A stretch of DNA of 64,000 bases from Bacillota bacterium (lineage in GTDB: Bacteria; Bacillota; Clostridia; Peptostreptococcales; Anaerovoracaceae), in the NCBI GenBank assembly GCA_019420305.1, contig JAHZHL010000005.1:13480-77479 (forward strand), given 5' to 3'. Made by a program: the position numbers and the translations under genes. Shown piece by piece: positions 55,959-64,000 of the stretch (position 1 is its first letter; each line of letters begins with the position of its first letter). The notes under the pieces are model-generated. The model had not been told where the DNA came from. It made no database searches and was given only the letters and a program-made list of their open reading frames with translations.

Positions 55959-57383
55959 ATGACAATTGCTGATATTATAATTATTGCCGTGTACATCGTG
56001 GCCATGTTTGGCGTAGGGGTGTACGCGAGAACCAGGATTAAATCGGTAGACGATTTTCTGGTTGCGGGGAACCGATTTAAGACTTTTTCTCTGGTAGGAA
56101 CGCTGGTAGCAGCTCTGACCGGCGCGGGAACCACCATGGGAATCGTAGGCAGTGTATACCAGTATGGCGCGGGTATTATGTGGAACTTTATCGGCCTGGC
56201 AGCGGGCTGTATTATATTTGGTCTGGTATATTGCACAGCGGTACGGAGAACCGGAGCCAGATCTATGGCGGAGCTGATCGCGGGAAGGTTCGGAAGACTG
56301 CCGAGATTTTTTTCCGGATTGATTGTTCCGATTTATTGTCTTGGATCGGTAACCATCTGCGTTGCGGGTATGGGAAGATTGATTACCTATATCAGCAGGG
56401 ACTTTAACCTGAATATCAGCATGTTTGCCGCGGTTCTGGTGACCTGCATTATTGTTGTGGGCTATACGGCTCTGGGCGGACTTTATTCTGTTGTATGGAC
56501 AGATGTGGTACAGTTTGTTATTATGATTGTGGTAATCATGGTAATCGGACCGATCCTGGCTATTAAAAACGCGGGATCTTTTGAAGCATTGGAAAGCGCG
56601 GTGCAAGTAAGCGGGACATCGCTTACGAATCCCTTTGAGGGAGTTCCGCTGGCGTATATGGCAAGCAGCGCGATCCTCATGTTTGTAGGAACCCCGGGAG
56701 ACCCGACGGTTCCGCAGAGAGCCCTGGCGGCAGATACGGAACGAACCGCGAAAAAATCCTTTGTTATCGCCGGTATCCTGTATGTGGTATTCGGCGCGGG
56801 ACTCCTGTTTATCGGCGCGGGAGCCATGCAGGCGATGCCGAACATCGCGGATACATACGGAACGACCGAAGCGGCTTTCCCGGTCTATATCATGCACTAT
56901 TATCCGCCGGTTCTGCGGGGGCTGGGTATCGCGGCTCTGTTGGCGGCGATCATGTCCACCATCAGCGCGATGCTGCTGGTGGCGACGACCCATCTGGTTT
57001 ACGATGTGGGCAAAGCCATCAAGCCGGATCTTTCGGATGATACGCTGAAAAAGGTGCTGCCCATCGCCATTTGCGTACTGGGCGCGATTGTCGTGTACAC
57101 GGCTCTGAAAGTGACGACCCTGGCGGATGTACTGTATTTTATCTTCTCTCTGTGCGGATCGTCGTTTATCTTCCCGATGATCGCGACTCTCTGGTGGAAG
57201 AAGGCTTCCACATGGGGCGTTACGGCGGGGATTGTACTGGGCGCGGCCTGCTGCCTGACCATGTACGCCACCGGACATATGGGACCGGGAGGCGATCCGG
57301 TCTATGTGAGCATGGCGGTTTCTCTGGTTGCCGTGGGTCTTCTCTCTCTGATTATCCCGGATAAAAAGAAAGCGGAGGCGTAA
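55959..57383 (+). CDS. sodium:solute symporter (SSS) family transporter
   Basis: 474 aa, about 13 TM, with the N-terminal pattern VGVYARTRIKSVDDFLVAGNR typical of SSS proteins. ATG 55959 follows the gaaaggag RBS. Confidence 0.8.
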   Translation: MTIADIIIIAVYIVAMFGVGVYARTRIKSVDDFLVAGNRFKTFSLVGTLVAALTGAGTTMGIVGSVYQYGAGIMWNFIGLAAGCIIFGLVYCTAVRRTGARSMAELIAGRFGRLPRFFSGLIVPIYCLGSVTICVAGMGRLITYISRDFNLNISMFAAVLVTCIIVVGYTALGGLYSVVWTDVVQFVIMIVVIMVIGPILAIKNAGSFEALESAVQVSGTSLTNPFEGVPLAYMASSAILMFVGTPGDPTVPQRALAADTERTAKKSFVIAGILYVVFGAGLLFIGAGAMQAMPNIADTYGTTEAAFPVYIMHYYPPVLRGLGIAALLAAIMSTISAMLLVATTHLVYDVGKAIKPDLSDDTLKKVLPIAICVLGAIVVYTALKVTTLADVLYFIFSLCGSSFIFPMIATLWWKKASTWGVTAGIVLGAACCLTMYATGHMGPGGDPVYVSMAVSLVAVGLLSLIIPDKKKAEA

Positions 57384-57410
57384 GAACGAATAAAAGCAAG
57401 GAGGACAAGG

Positions 57411-58205
57411 ATGAAACATATCTTTGTACTGATAAAAGAAGTGCCGGATATGACACGAGTCAAATTCGACAGCGAAAAGGGCACCGTAAACCGCAATTCC
57501 GCGGATGCGGAGATGAACCCCTTTGATTTGAACGCGCTGCAGGCGGCCGTAGATCTGAAACAGATCTGCGGCTGTCAGGTTACAGCCGTGATTATGGGAC
57601 CGCCGAAAGCGGAAAAATCCCTGAAAGACGCTTTCGCCCGGGGCGCGGATCGATGCGTTCTGGTGACAGACGCCAAATTCGGAGGAAGTGATACGCTGGC
57701 GACTTCAAGAACGTTGGCGGCGGCTGTAAAAAAAATGGGGAAGCCGGATCTGATTCTCTGCGGGGAAAAGTCCGTAGACGGAGATACAGCCCAGGTGGGA
57801 GCGGAAGTCGCTGAACGGATGGGAATTCCCCACAGCTATTATGTGGAAGAAATCTGCGGCATGGGTGAAAAGGAAGTTACAGTGCGGGTAGAAGATCTCA
57901 GTGGAAAAAAGCAGGAGAGGGTTATGACGCTTCCTGCTCTTCTTTCTGTAACCAAGAATATCAACTTCCCCCAGATGCCGCCCCTGAAGAGGAAGCTGGA
58001 GTCTTTGGACGCGGAGATTATACGGTTGAAACTGGCGGATCTGGAAGGGCTTCTTACGGAAGAGGAAACCGGCTTTAAAGGCTCCCCCACGAAGGTTCTG
58101 AAAATTGAGGTGCCGAGGATGAAGACCCGGGACAGCAAAATTTTCCGGGAGAGCTATGACGAATTTTCCGCAGCCATCCGGGGCGCGATAAAAGAGGTAT
58201 TATAA
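57411..58205 (+). CDS. etfB: electron transfer flavoprotein beta subunit
   Basis: MKHIFVLIKEVPD...NPFDLNALQAAVDLK and LILCGEKSVDGDTAQVG, typical EtfB. 264 aa. Confidence 0.85.
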   Translation: MKHIFVLIKEVPDMTRVKFDSEKGTVNRNSADAEMNPFDLNALQAAVDLKQICGCQVTAVIMGPPKAEKSLKDAFARGADRCVLVTDAKFGGSDTLATSRTLAAAVKKMGKPDLILCGEKSVDGDTAQVGAEVAERMGIPHSYYVEEICGMGEKEVTVRVEDLSGKKQERVMTLPALLSVTKNINFPQMPPLKRKLESLDAEIIRLKLADLEGLLTEEETGFKGSPTKVLKIEVPRMKTRDSKIFRESYDEFSAAIRGAIKEVL

Positions 58206-58217
58206 GGAGGGAAAAGC

Positions 58218-59219
58218 GTGGAGCAGAGACATAAAATTTTAATTCTGGCGGAACTGTGCGAAGGCGGCGTCCACAAAGTTGCCTATGAACTGATTGGAAA
58301 GGCTCTGGAGCTTTATCCTTCCGGAAAATCGGTTGTGGAATGTCTGCTCCTTGGGAACGGGGAGCCGGACGCAGCCGAACTTTGCAGAAGAGGGGCCGAG
58401 ACGGTTTATTATATGAAGGATCCGGCTTTTGAAGAGCCGGAAGAACAGCTCTATAAAGAAAATATCTGCGCGTTTATCAGAGAGCATGAACCGGAAATCG
58501 TGCTCATTGGAGCCACCTCTCTGGGAAGATCCCTGGGACCGAGGATCGCGGCGGCGCTGCGGACCGGCCTGACGGCCGACTGCACACAGCTGCAGATTAG
58601 TACGGAAGAAAAAACAGCGGGGAAACTGGAACAGATACGTCCGGCTTTCAGCGACAATATTTTAGCCCATATTGTAACCGGGACCATGCCTCAGATGGCA
58701 ACCGTGCGGTACAAGGAATTTCCTGAAGCGGTTTCGGACAAGTCAAGGGAAGTTAATATAAAAGTGATAAAGCCGTATCGGACGGAAGTTTCCGGATGCA
58801 GGATTACGCGGGTGTATCGGGAGCTTCAGGAAAATATTCAGGACGCTCAGGTGATCGTGGCGGGAGGAAGAGGAATCCGCAAAAAAGAAGATCTGGCTCT
58901 CTTAAAAGAACTGGCGGATCTGCTGGGCGGACAGGTTGGCGTTTCCCGCGCCCTTGTAGACGCGGGACTTGCGGGAAGTTCCATGCAAGTTGGCTACAGC
59001 GGAAATCGGGTAAAGCCCGCTCTGTATATCGCCTGCGGAATTTCCGGAGCGCCGCAGCATCTGGCGGGAATGAAGGAATCGGACGTCGTAATTGCCGTCA
59101 ATACAGACCCTTCCGCGCCAATCTTTTCTATCTGTGACTATGGCTATGTAGGGGATCTGTACCAGATCCTGCCGCAGATGATCGAAGATGTGAAAGCATG
59201 GAAGGGGGAAGGAAAATGA
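58218..59219 (+). CDS. etfA: electron transfer flavoprotein alpha subunit
   Basis: C-terminal FAD domain VGVSRALVDAG..QVGYSGNRVKPALYIACGISGAPQHLAGM. GTG start as listed. Confidence 0.85.
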   Translation: MEQRHKILILAELCEGGVHKVAYELIGKALELYPSGKSVVECLLLGNGEPDAAELCRRGAETVYYMKDPAFEEPEEQLYKENICAFIREHEPEIVLIGATSLGRSLGPRIAAALRTGLTADCTQLQISTEEKTAGKLEQIRPAFSDNILAHIVTGTMPQMATVRYKEFPEAVSDKSREVNIKVIKPYRTEVSGCRITRVYRELQENIQDAQVIVAGGRGIRKKEDLALLKELADLLGGQVGVSRALVDAGLAGSSMQVGYSGNRVKPALYIACGISGAPQHLAGMKESDVVIAVNTDPSAPIFSICDYGYVGDLYQILPQMIEDVKAWKGEGK

Positions 59220-60613
59220 ACCGGCAAATCATGGAAGAACTAGTTGAAATCGTGGGAAGGGATTATCTGCTTACCGATGGACAGCAGGTTTCGGCTTATT
59301 TGTACGATCAGGTGGAAATCCCCCTGCGTCCGAAGGCTTCCCGACACTCTATTGTTGTAAAACCCGCGTCTACGGAAGAAGTGTCGGCCATTGTTTCCCT
59401 GGCCTCTCGGGAAAATATTCCTGTTGTCGTGCGGGGCGGCGGTACGGGGCTTTGCGGAGCGGCGACGCCTGTTTATGACAGTATGATTATCAGTATGGAA
59501 CGAATGAACCATATTCTGGAGATCGATGAAAAGAATATGATGGCTGTCATGGAAGCGGGGGTGACTCTGGCGGACCTTCTGGAGGAACTGGAAGGCCACG
59601 AGGGCATCGGCTTTCCGGTACACCCCGGCGATGAAGGGGCGCAGATGGGCGGCATGGTTTCCACCAACGCGGGGGGCGCCCGGGCAGTGCGACATGGAAT
59701 TATGCGGAATCACATTAAGGGTATCAAAGTGGTGCTGGCGGACGGCAGCGTTCTTTCCCTGGGAGGAAAACTCCTGAAGGACAACGCGGGTTACAATCTA
59801 ATGCATCTGATTATCGGCAGCGAAGGAACCCTGGCGATTGTAACGGAAGTTACTCTGCGGATTTATCCGGAAGAAAAATACACCGCTTCCATTGTGGCTT
59901 CCTTTGATACCATTGAAGAAGCATCTTCCGCGGTACTGGATGTAGTAAAAAGCGGCGTCTCGCCCCTGGCGGTGGAATATCAGGACAAAAAGCTGAATCT
60001 GGAGACGGCGGAGCTTCTGGGTCTCCACTGGCCGGTGAAGGAAGGCAGTGCGGATCTGATTATCATCCTCTCGGAGAAGACGGAAACCGCCCTGTACGAC
60101 AACTGCCGGGCAATTGATCAAATCTGCGACCGCCACCATGCCAGAGAAGCGATGTTCGCGGGAACCAAACAGGAGGAGGCAGACGTTTTAGCCATCCGAA
60201 GCGGCAGCTATGATGTCATTAAGGATGACATTTACCATTCCTTTGATATGGCGGTGCCGCCAAGCAGTATGCCGGAATTTTTAGGGGAACTGTGGAGGCT
60301 GGTAGATTCCTATGATACCAGAACTAATATCACCGCCCATATTGCGGACGGAAACGTGCATAATGATATTCTGCTGGTGGATGGCAAAGTGCCGGATTAT
60401 CACAGAGAGCTGCAGGAAAAGATGTATCAGCTGTGCTTCTCCTATCATGGAACCATTACCGGGGAGCACGGAATCGGGAAGCTGCGGGTCGGAGATCTGC
60501 CGCTGCAGAAATCGCCGCGGGAAATGGAACTGATGGAGCAGATTAAAAAAGTCTTTGACCCCAAGTGTATTCTGAATCCGGGAACGGTGCTGCGTTCTCA
60601 GAGAGAGGAGTGA
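59216..60613 (+). CDS. FAD-binding oxidase of the GlcD family (LctD-like lactate dehydrogenase partner of EtfAB)
   Basis: FAD_binding_4 pattern VVRGGGTGLCGAA and C-terminal GTITGEHGIGKLR. ATG 59216 forms an ATGA overlap with the etfA stop. Confidence 0.8.
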   Translation: MNRQIMEELVEIVGRDYLLTDGQQVSAYLYDQVEIPLRPKASRHSIVVKPASTEEVSAIVSLASRENIPVVVRGGGTGLCGAATPVYDSMIISMERMNHILEIDEKNMMAVMEAGVTLADLLEELEGHEGIGFPVHPGDEGAQMGGMVSTNAGGARAVRHGIMRNHIKGIKVVLADGSVLSLGGKLLKDNAGYNLMHLIIGSEGTLAIVTEVTLRIYPEEKYTASIVASFDTIEEASSAVLDVVKSGVSPLAVEYQDKKLNLETAELLGLHWPVKEGSADLIIILSEKTETALYDNCRAIDQICDRHHAREAMFAGTKQEEADVLAIRSGSYDVIKDDIYHSFDMAVPPSSMPEFLGELWRLVDSYDTRTNITAHIADGNVHNDILLVDGKVPDYHRELQEKMYQLCFSYHGTITGEHGIGKLRVGDLPLQKSPREMELMEQIKKVFDPKCILNPGTVLRSQREE

Positions 60614-60620
60614 TCCGGAA

Positions 60621-61910
60621 ATGAAGATCGACCTGAAATACGGAGACGGTACAGTAGCGCTGGACTGTGACAAGCTGGCGAATTACGCGATCCTGGCCTC
60701 GGAAGAACGGGAGGCGCGGGAGGAAGAAGCTCTGATTCAGGAAGCTTTGGAGCATCCCATCGGAAGTCCCCGGCTGCGGGATCTGGCCAGCCCCTCGGAT
60801 TCGGTCTGCATCGTGGTATCGGACATCAGCCGGGCGTATCAGAAAATGAGCCTTTTTCTGCCATATGTGATTCGGGAATTGGAAGAGGCAGGAGTTCCGG
60901 ATGAGCAGATTACGCTGCTGTGCGCCCTGGGCGCCCATTCTCCCCAGAGCGAGGAAGAAAAACGCCTGGTTCTGGGAGGACTTTACGGCAGATTTCGGTT
61001 TGTGGAGCATGACTGCCGGGATGAAAAGAATCTGGTTCATCTGGGAACAACACGCCATGGAACGCCGATCTGTGTTTCCCGTTACGCGGCGGAGGCGGAT
61101 CTGGTTGTCCTGACAGGAGCGGTTACTTATCACGATATGGCAGGATTCGGCGGCGGAAGAAAATCCGTTATGCCGGGGATCGTATCTTATGAAGCGGTCT
61201 GCGCCAATCATCTGCGTGTTTTCGCCAAGGAACTGGGCGGCGGTCTGAATCCCGACTGCAGGCTGGGCAATCTTGAGGGAAATCCCATGCACGAGGACAT
61301 GGTGGATGCCTGCGGGCTGTTGCGGCCGGCTTTTCTTTTCAACGTGGTGCTGGATGGAAACAATCGATACTATAAAGCGGTGGCAGGCGACTGGGAGCAG
61401 GCGTTCCGCAAAGGAACCGGGTATTGTGAAGAGGCGTGTATGGTTCCTATCAGACGGAAAGCGGATATTGCCATAGCCTGCTGCGGCGGTTATCCCAAAG
61501 ACATGAATCTGTATCAGGCGTCAAAAGGCTACGCGGTAGGAATCGACGCGGTAAAACCGGGAGGCGCCGTCATTCTGCTGGCACGGTGTGAGGACGGGAT
61601 GGGAGCGGACCCCTCTGTTTCCATTATAACCGATTACGACAGCCATCTGGAGCGGGAAAAGAAAATGCGGGAAGCCTTTGAGCCTGAAGCGTATTCCGGC
61701 TATTACATCTGCGAGATGGCAAACAAATACCGTCTGATGCTGGTTTCGGATTATCAGCCGGCAGAGGAGCTGGAAAAAAGCGGAGTTCAGATGTTTTCTT
61801 CTCTGGAGGAGGCGCTTGCCTGCGCGGGGGCGGAAAAAGAAAACGTCTTTACCTATGTCATACCGGCGGCCATGTCTATTGTGACAAAATTCGTAAAAGG
61901 GGAGGAATAA
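60621..61910 (+). CDS. larA: nickel-pincer dependent lactate racemase LarA family
   Basis: The segment TYHDMAGFGGGRKSVMPGIVSYEAVCANH reproduces the His-(10)-Lys-(16)-His spacing of L. plantarum LarA H174/K184/H200, recalled from the literature. 429 aa. Confidence 0.8.
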   Translation: MKIDLKYGDGTVALDCDKLANYAILASEEREAREEEALIQEALEHPIGSPRLRDLASPSDSVCIVVSDISRAYQKMSLFLPYVIRELEEAGVPDEQITLLCALGAHSPQSEEEKRLVLGGLYGRFRFVEHDCRDEKNLVHLGTTRHGTPICVSRYAAEADLVVLTGAVTYHDMAGFGGGRKSVMPGIVSYEAVCANHLRVFAKELGGGLNPDCRLGNLEGNPMHEDMVDACGLLRPAFLFNVVLDGNNRYYKAVAGDWEQAFRKGTGYCEEACMVPIRRKADIAIACCGGYPKDMNLYQASKGYAVGIDAVKPGGAVILLARCEDGMGADPSVSIITDYDSHLEREKKMREAFEPEAYSGYYICEMANKYRLMLVSDYQPAEELEKSGVQMFSSLEEALACAGAEKENVFTYVIPAAMSIVTKFVKGEE

Positions 61911-61913
61911 ACG

Positions 61914-63077
61914 ATGAAGCACAAGTTTGTAGCAAAGCGGTACTGGAAAGAAGAAGTGCCTCCTATGAGCATTGTGGATAAGCTGGCCCAGAGATACGAT
62001 GATGTTATCGATCTGAGTCTGGGGGATCCGGATCTGGTTACCGATCCCATTATTATAGACAAAGCTTTTGAGGACGCGCGGAAGGGTCACACCAAGTATA
62101 CGGATTTCCGCGGCGACGCCGAGCTGCGGCAGGAGATTCGCAATTACTATAAAGAAGAATACGATTACGAGATAGACGATGAGGAAATCTTCGTTACCGC
62201 CAGCGGCACCCACGCCATGTGTCTTGCTTTCTGCGGCATTCTGGATCCGGGGGATGAAGTGATTATTCACGCGCCCTATTATACTTACTATACGACCCAG
62301 ATCAAGTTCGCGGGCGGTGTTCCGGTGATTCTGGACTGTTACGAGGAAGAAGGCTTTCAGCTGAATGTGCAGCGGATGGAAAAGCTGATTACCGAACGGA
62401 CCAAAGCCATTGTGGTTAATACCCCCAATAACCCTACGGGAGTATGTATGACAAGAGAAACCCTCATGGCGGTGGCAGAACTCGCGAAAAAATACGATCT
62501 GCTGGTGGTGGCCGATGACATTTACACGGCATACAGCTTTGGAGAGCCGTTTATTCCCATGACAAGCCTTCCGGGTATGAAAGAACGGACCATTACCCTC
62601 AACAGCTATTCCAAGGACTACACCATGACCGGCTGGCGGGTTGGACAGATTATCGCGCCTCCGCCGGTGATTCGCGCGATTAATTCCGTAAACGACGCGG
62701 TTATGTTTACCGCGCCTTCCATTTCCCAGAGAGCGGCTATTCACGCTATCCGCAACAGGAAGACTGTGCAGCCGCCGATGATCGAGGAATATAAGAAAAG
62801 AGTATTCTACGCCGCGGATCGGATTAACGCGATGAAGAATCTTTCGGTGATGCCGCCCCAGGGGACGTTCTATCTTCTCATCAACATCAAAAAACTGGGA
62901 ATGGACTGTATGCAGGCCAGCGATCTGATTCTTAACGAAGCTCATGTGCTGACTGTTCCGGGCATTTCCTTCGGAGCCTGCGGAGAAGGGTATGTGCGTA
63001 TCGCCTGCACGAAGGAAATTGACGTTCTCAAAGAAGCCTTCGACCGGATGGAGAAAGTGAAGGCGCTGGTAGAGTGA
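61914..63077 (+). CDS. PLP-dependent aminotransferase, class I/II
   Basis: NPNNPTG, and the PLP-lysine context SYSKDYTMTGWRVG. 387 aa. Confidence 0.85.
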   Translation: MKHKFVAKRYWKEEVPPMSIVDKLAQRYDDVIDLSLGDPDLVTDPIIIDKAFEDARKGHTKYTDFRGDAELRQEIRNYYKEEYDYEIDDEEIFVTASGTHAMCLAFCGILDPGDEVIIHAPYYTYYTTQIKFAGGVPVILDCYEEEGFQLNVQRMEKLITERTKAIVVNTPNNPTGVCMTRETLMAVAELAKKYDLLVVADDIYTAYSFGEPFIPMTSLPGMKERTITLNSYSKDYTMTGWRVGQIIAPPPVIRAINSVNDAVMFTAPSISQRAAIHAIRNRKTVQPPMIEEYKKRVFYAADRINAMKNLSVMPPQGTFYLLINIKKLGMDCMQASDLILNEAHVLTVPGISFGACGEGYVRIACTKEIDVLKEAFDRMEKVKALVE

Positions 63078-63124
63078 TGTGCGAACCCGGAAACGGGAAT
63101 TTTATAAACATTTGACAGGATTTT

Positions 63125-63240
63125 AAAATTGTTTCCATTATTTCAACCTTTCTGGGAGACAGATGTGTTAAAAGCACAATTTTGCCACGGAAAATTTGCT
63201 CTTTGAACGCTGGAACCCTGAAAAAGATGGAAACAATTTT
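63125..63240. repeat. perfect 14-nt inverted repeat AAAATTGTTTCCAT (63125-63138) / ATGGAAACAATTTT (63227-63240)
   Basis: Read directly from the sequence. Confidence 0.75.
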
Positions 63241-63289
63241 TATTTTTTGCAAAGTGTTGATAAAAGCGGCCGCAGACAGCCAGATAAAT

Positions 63290-63634
63290 TTATGTTTCTC
63301 TGTCAAGAAAATGAAGCTGCCAGCGATGTTGAATGTTCAGTTTTCCATATAAGTTATAAATATGGCGTCTCAGAGTGTTTTCCGAGATGCAGAGTTTTTC
63401 CGCGATTTGTTCATTTTCCAGCCCATCAAGCAACAACTCCAGAATTTCTTCTTCTCTGTGCGTGAGACAGTAGGTCTCCCGAAACCAAGATATGGATTCC
63501 CTCGGAGAAGTGTTCTGCTGTTTACGATCCTGGAAGAGCCGGATGGACAGATGCTCTTTCAGACTGTCCAGAAAGAAAATTTCTTTATCTGAGAAATTCT
63601 GAGAATCTTTCGACCGGCGCCTGAGAACTTGTTC
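63290..63634 (-). pseudogene. start-less remnant of a LuxR/GerE-type HTH regulator (C-terminal domain only)
   Basis: My minus-strand translation is ...CLTHREEEILELLLDGLENEQIAEKLCISENTLRRHIYNLYGKLNIQHR..., a clear LuxR-type HTH. The open frame is bounded upstream by TGA at 63635-63637. It has no ATG or GTG, and its only TTG codons lie inside the HTH (ELLLDG), too far downstream to encode the domain. Confidence 0.5.
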
Positions 63635-63647
63635 TCAGGCGCCTTTT
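63616..63647 (+). terminator. strong hairpin plus T-run (terminator-like on the + strand)
   Basis: 13-bp perfect stem ggcgcctgagaac / gttctcaggcgcc with a 2-nt loop, followed by ttttct. No obvious + strand gene ends here. Confidence 0.4.
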
Positions 63648-64000
63648 CTATGTTTGAAAATCAGGTTGTAGAAGAATTTTATCAACACTTCGTAATTTTT
63701 TGTATTTGTTTCTATTTTTTTTCAGCGTTCCAGAGGTACAGTTACTTAAAGCAGCTGTTTTTCGGCAAATCTGCTCATCTATAGAGCCCAAAGCCGGGAA
63801 ATTTTAGTAACAATTTGTGTTTTACATAGAATGTTGATAAAGCGTTCCAATCAGGCCGTATTGTACGCATCTGCGGTATGCAGGGAGACCTTTGGAAAAC
63901 TGCCTGAAAATACAATCTTGCTTAAAATAAGGAAGCGGGAAGGGGGAGGGGCGAATAAGTTTTTGAAAAGGGAAACTTATTGAAATTTCAACGTATTTAT

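Larger units (their letters stand above)
63252..63690. repeat. perfect 14-nt inverted repeat AAGTGTTGATAAAA (63252-63265) / TTTTATCAACACTT (63677-63690), each within an imperfect inverted segment of about 60 nt (63205-63267 vs 63675-63733)
   Basis: Read directly. The extended arms share GAACGCTG, an A-run followed by GAAACAA, and the 14-mer. A third partial copy ATGTTGATAAAGCG lies near 63830. Confidence 0.7.

Noticed and set aside
55914-57419. 501-aa ORF on the minus strand spanning the whole SSS transporter gene.
   Set aside because: It is antisense to a gene with a clear transporter signature and RBS. Its product is Arg/His/Gln-rich with no recognisable motif, which is typical of a shadow ORF.
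61521-62945. 474-aa minus-strand ORF across the larA 3' end and the aminotransferase.
   Set aside because: It is antisense to two well-supported + strand genes and crosses their intergenic boundary. No motifs. A shadow ORF.
63362-63592. 76-aa + strand ORF in the terminal non-coding region.
   Set aside because: It is antisense to the far more convincing LuxR-type HTH reading frame. It has no RBS or recognisable motif.
1-64000. Looked for CRISPR arrays, tRNA/rRNA genes, transposases, integrases, toxin-antitoxin pairs and known defence-system signatures.
   Set aside because: None seen. There are no regularly spaced direct repeats, no cloverleaf-like or rRNA-like segments in the intergenic regions, and no recombinase or nuclease-helicase gene sets among the ORFs.

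Overview
Chromosomal segment of a spore-forming Firmicute, probably a Clostridia or Lachnospiraceae-like gut anaerobe. That assignment is inferred from gene content: spoIIAA-spoIIAB-sigF, a sigK-like sigma factor, ylmC/ymxH, DUF1540, clostridial-type pyrK/pyrD/pyrI, and an Etf-dependent lactate locus. Almost every gene is on the + strand. In order, the window holds: the 3' end of an amidinotransferase-fold gene with an ArcD-like antiporter; a pRiA4b-ORF3-family gene; a pyrimidine operon (pyrC-K-D-F-E-B-I); and a SAM methyltransferase. Next comes a 15.4 kb nine-gene operon (11.5-27 kb) that looks AT-richer than its flanks. After it come moeA, a PIN-PhoH ATPase, a Crp/Fnr regulator, a small alarmone synthetase and a trigger-factor-like lipoprotein. 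A glycine riboswitch then precedes an alanine/glycine:cation symporter. Housekeeping and sporulation genes follow (ylmC, nrdR, cmk, DUF1015, a PBP, sigK-like). There is a cell-shape cluster (radC-mreC-mreD-PBP2, truncated minD, convergent rodA), then rny and a vanW / Van-type ligase / VanY-like peptidase cluster with a TetR gene. The window ends with a cysteine desulfurase gene and thiI, the spoIIA operon, a lactate utilisation locus (SSS transporter, etfB, etfA, lctD-like, larA), an aminotransferase, and a repeat-rich non-coding tail holding a start-less LuxR-type HTH remnant. The most unusual content is the 11.5-27 kb operon. It places a FecCD/FepC-type chelate ABC importer in one apparent transcription unit with two different substrate-binding-protein-like surface proteins, a 1542-aa beta-helix/Ig-repeat secreted protein and a MoxR-DUF58-TgpA-like module that lacks the transglutaminase core. 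A structured leader with a terminator sits in front of it. I saw no rRNA, tRNA, CRISPR array, transposase or integrase. All family assignments rest on motif recognition by eye. No searches were run.
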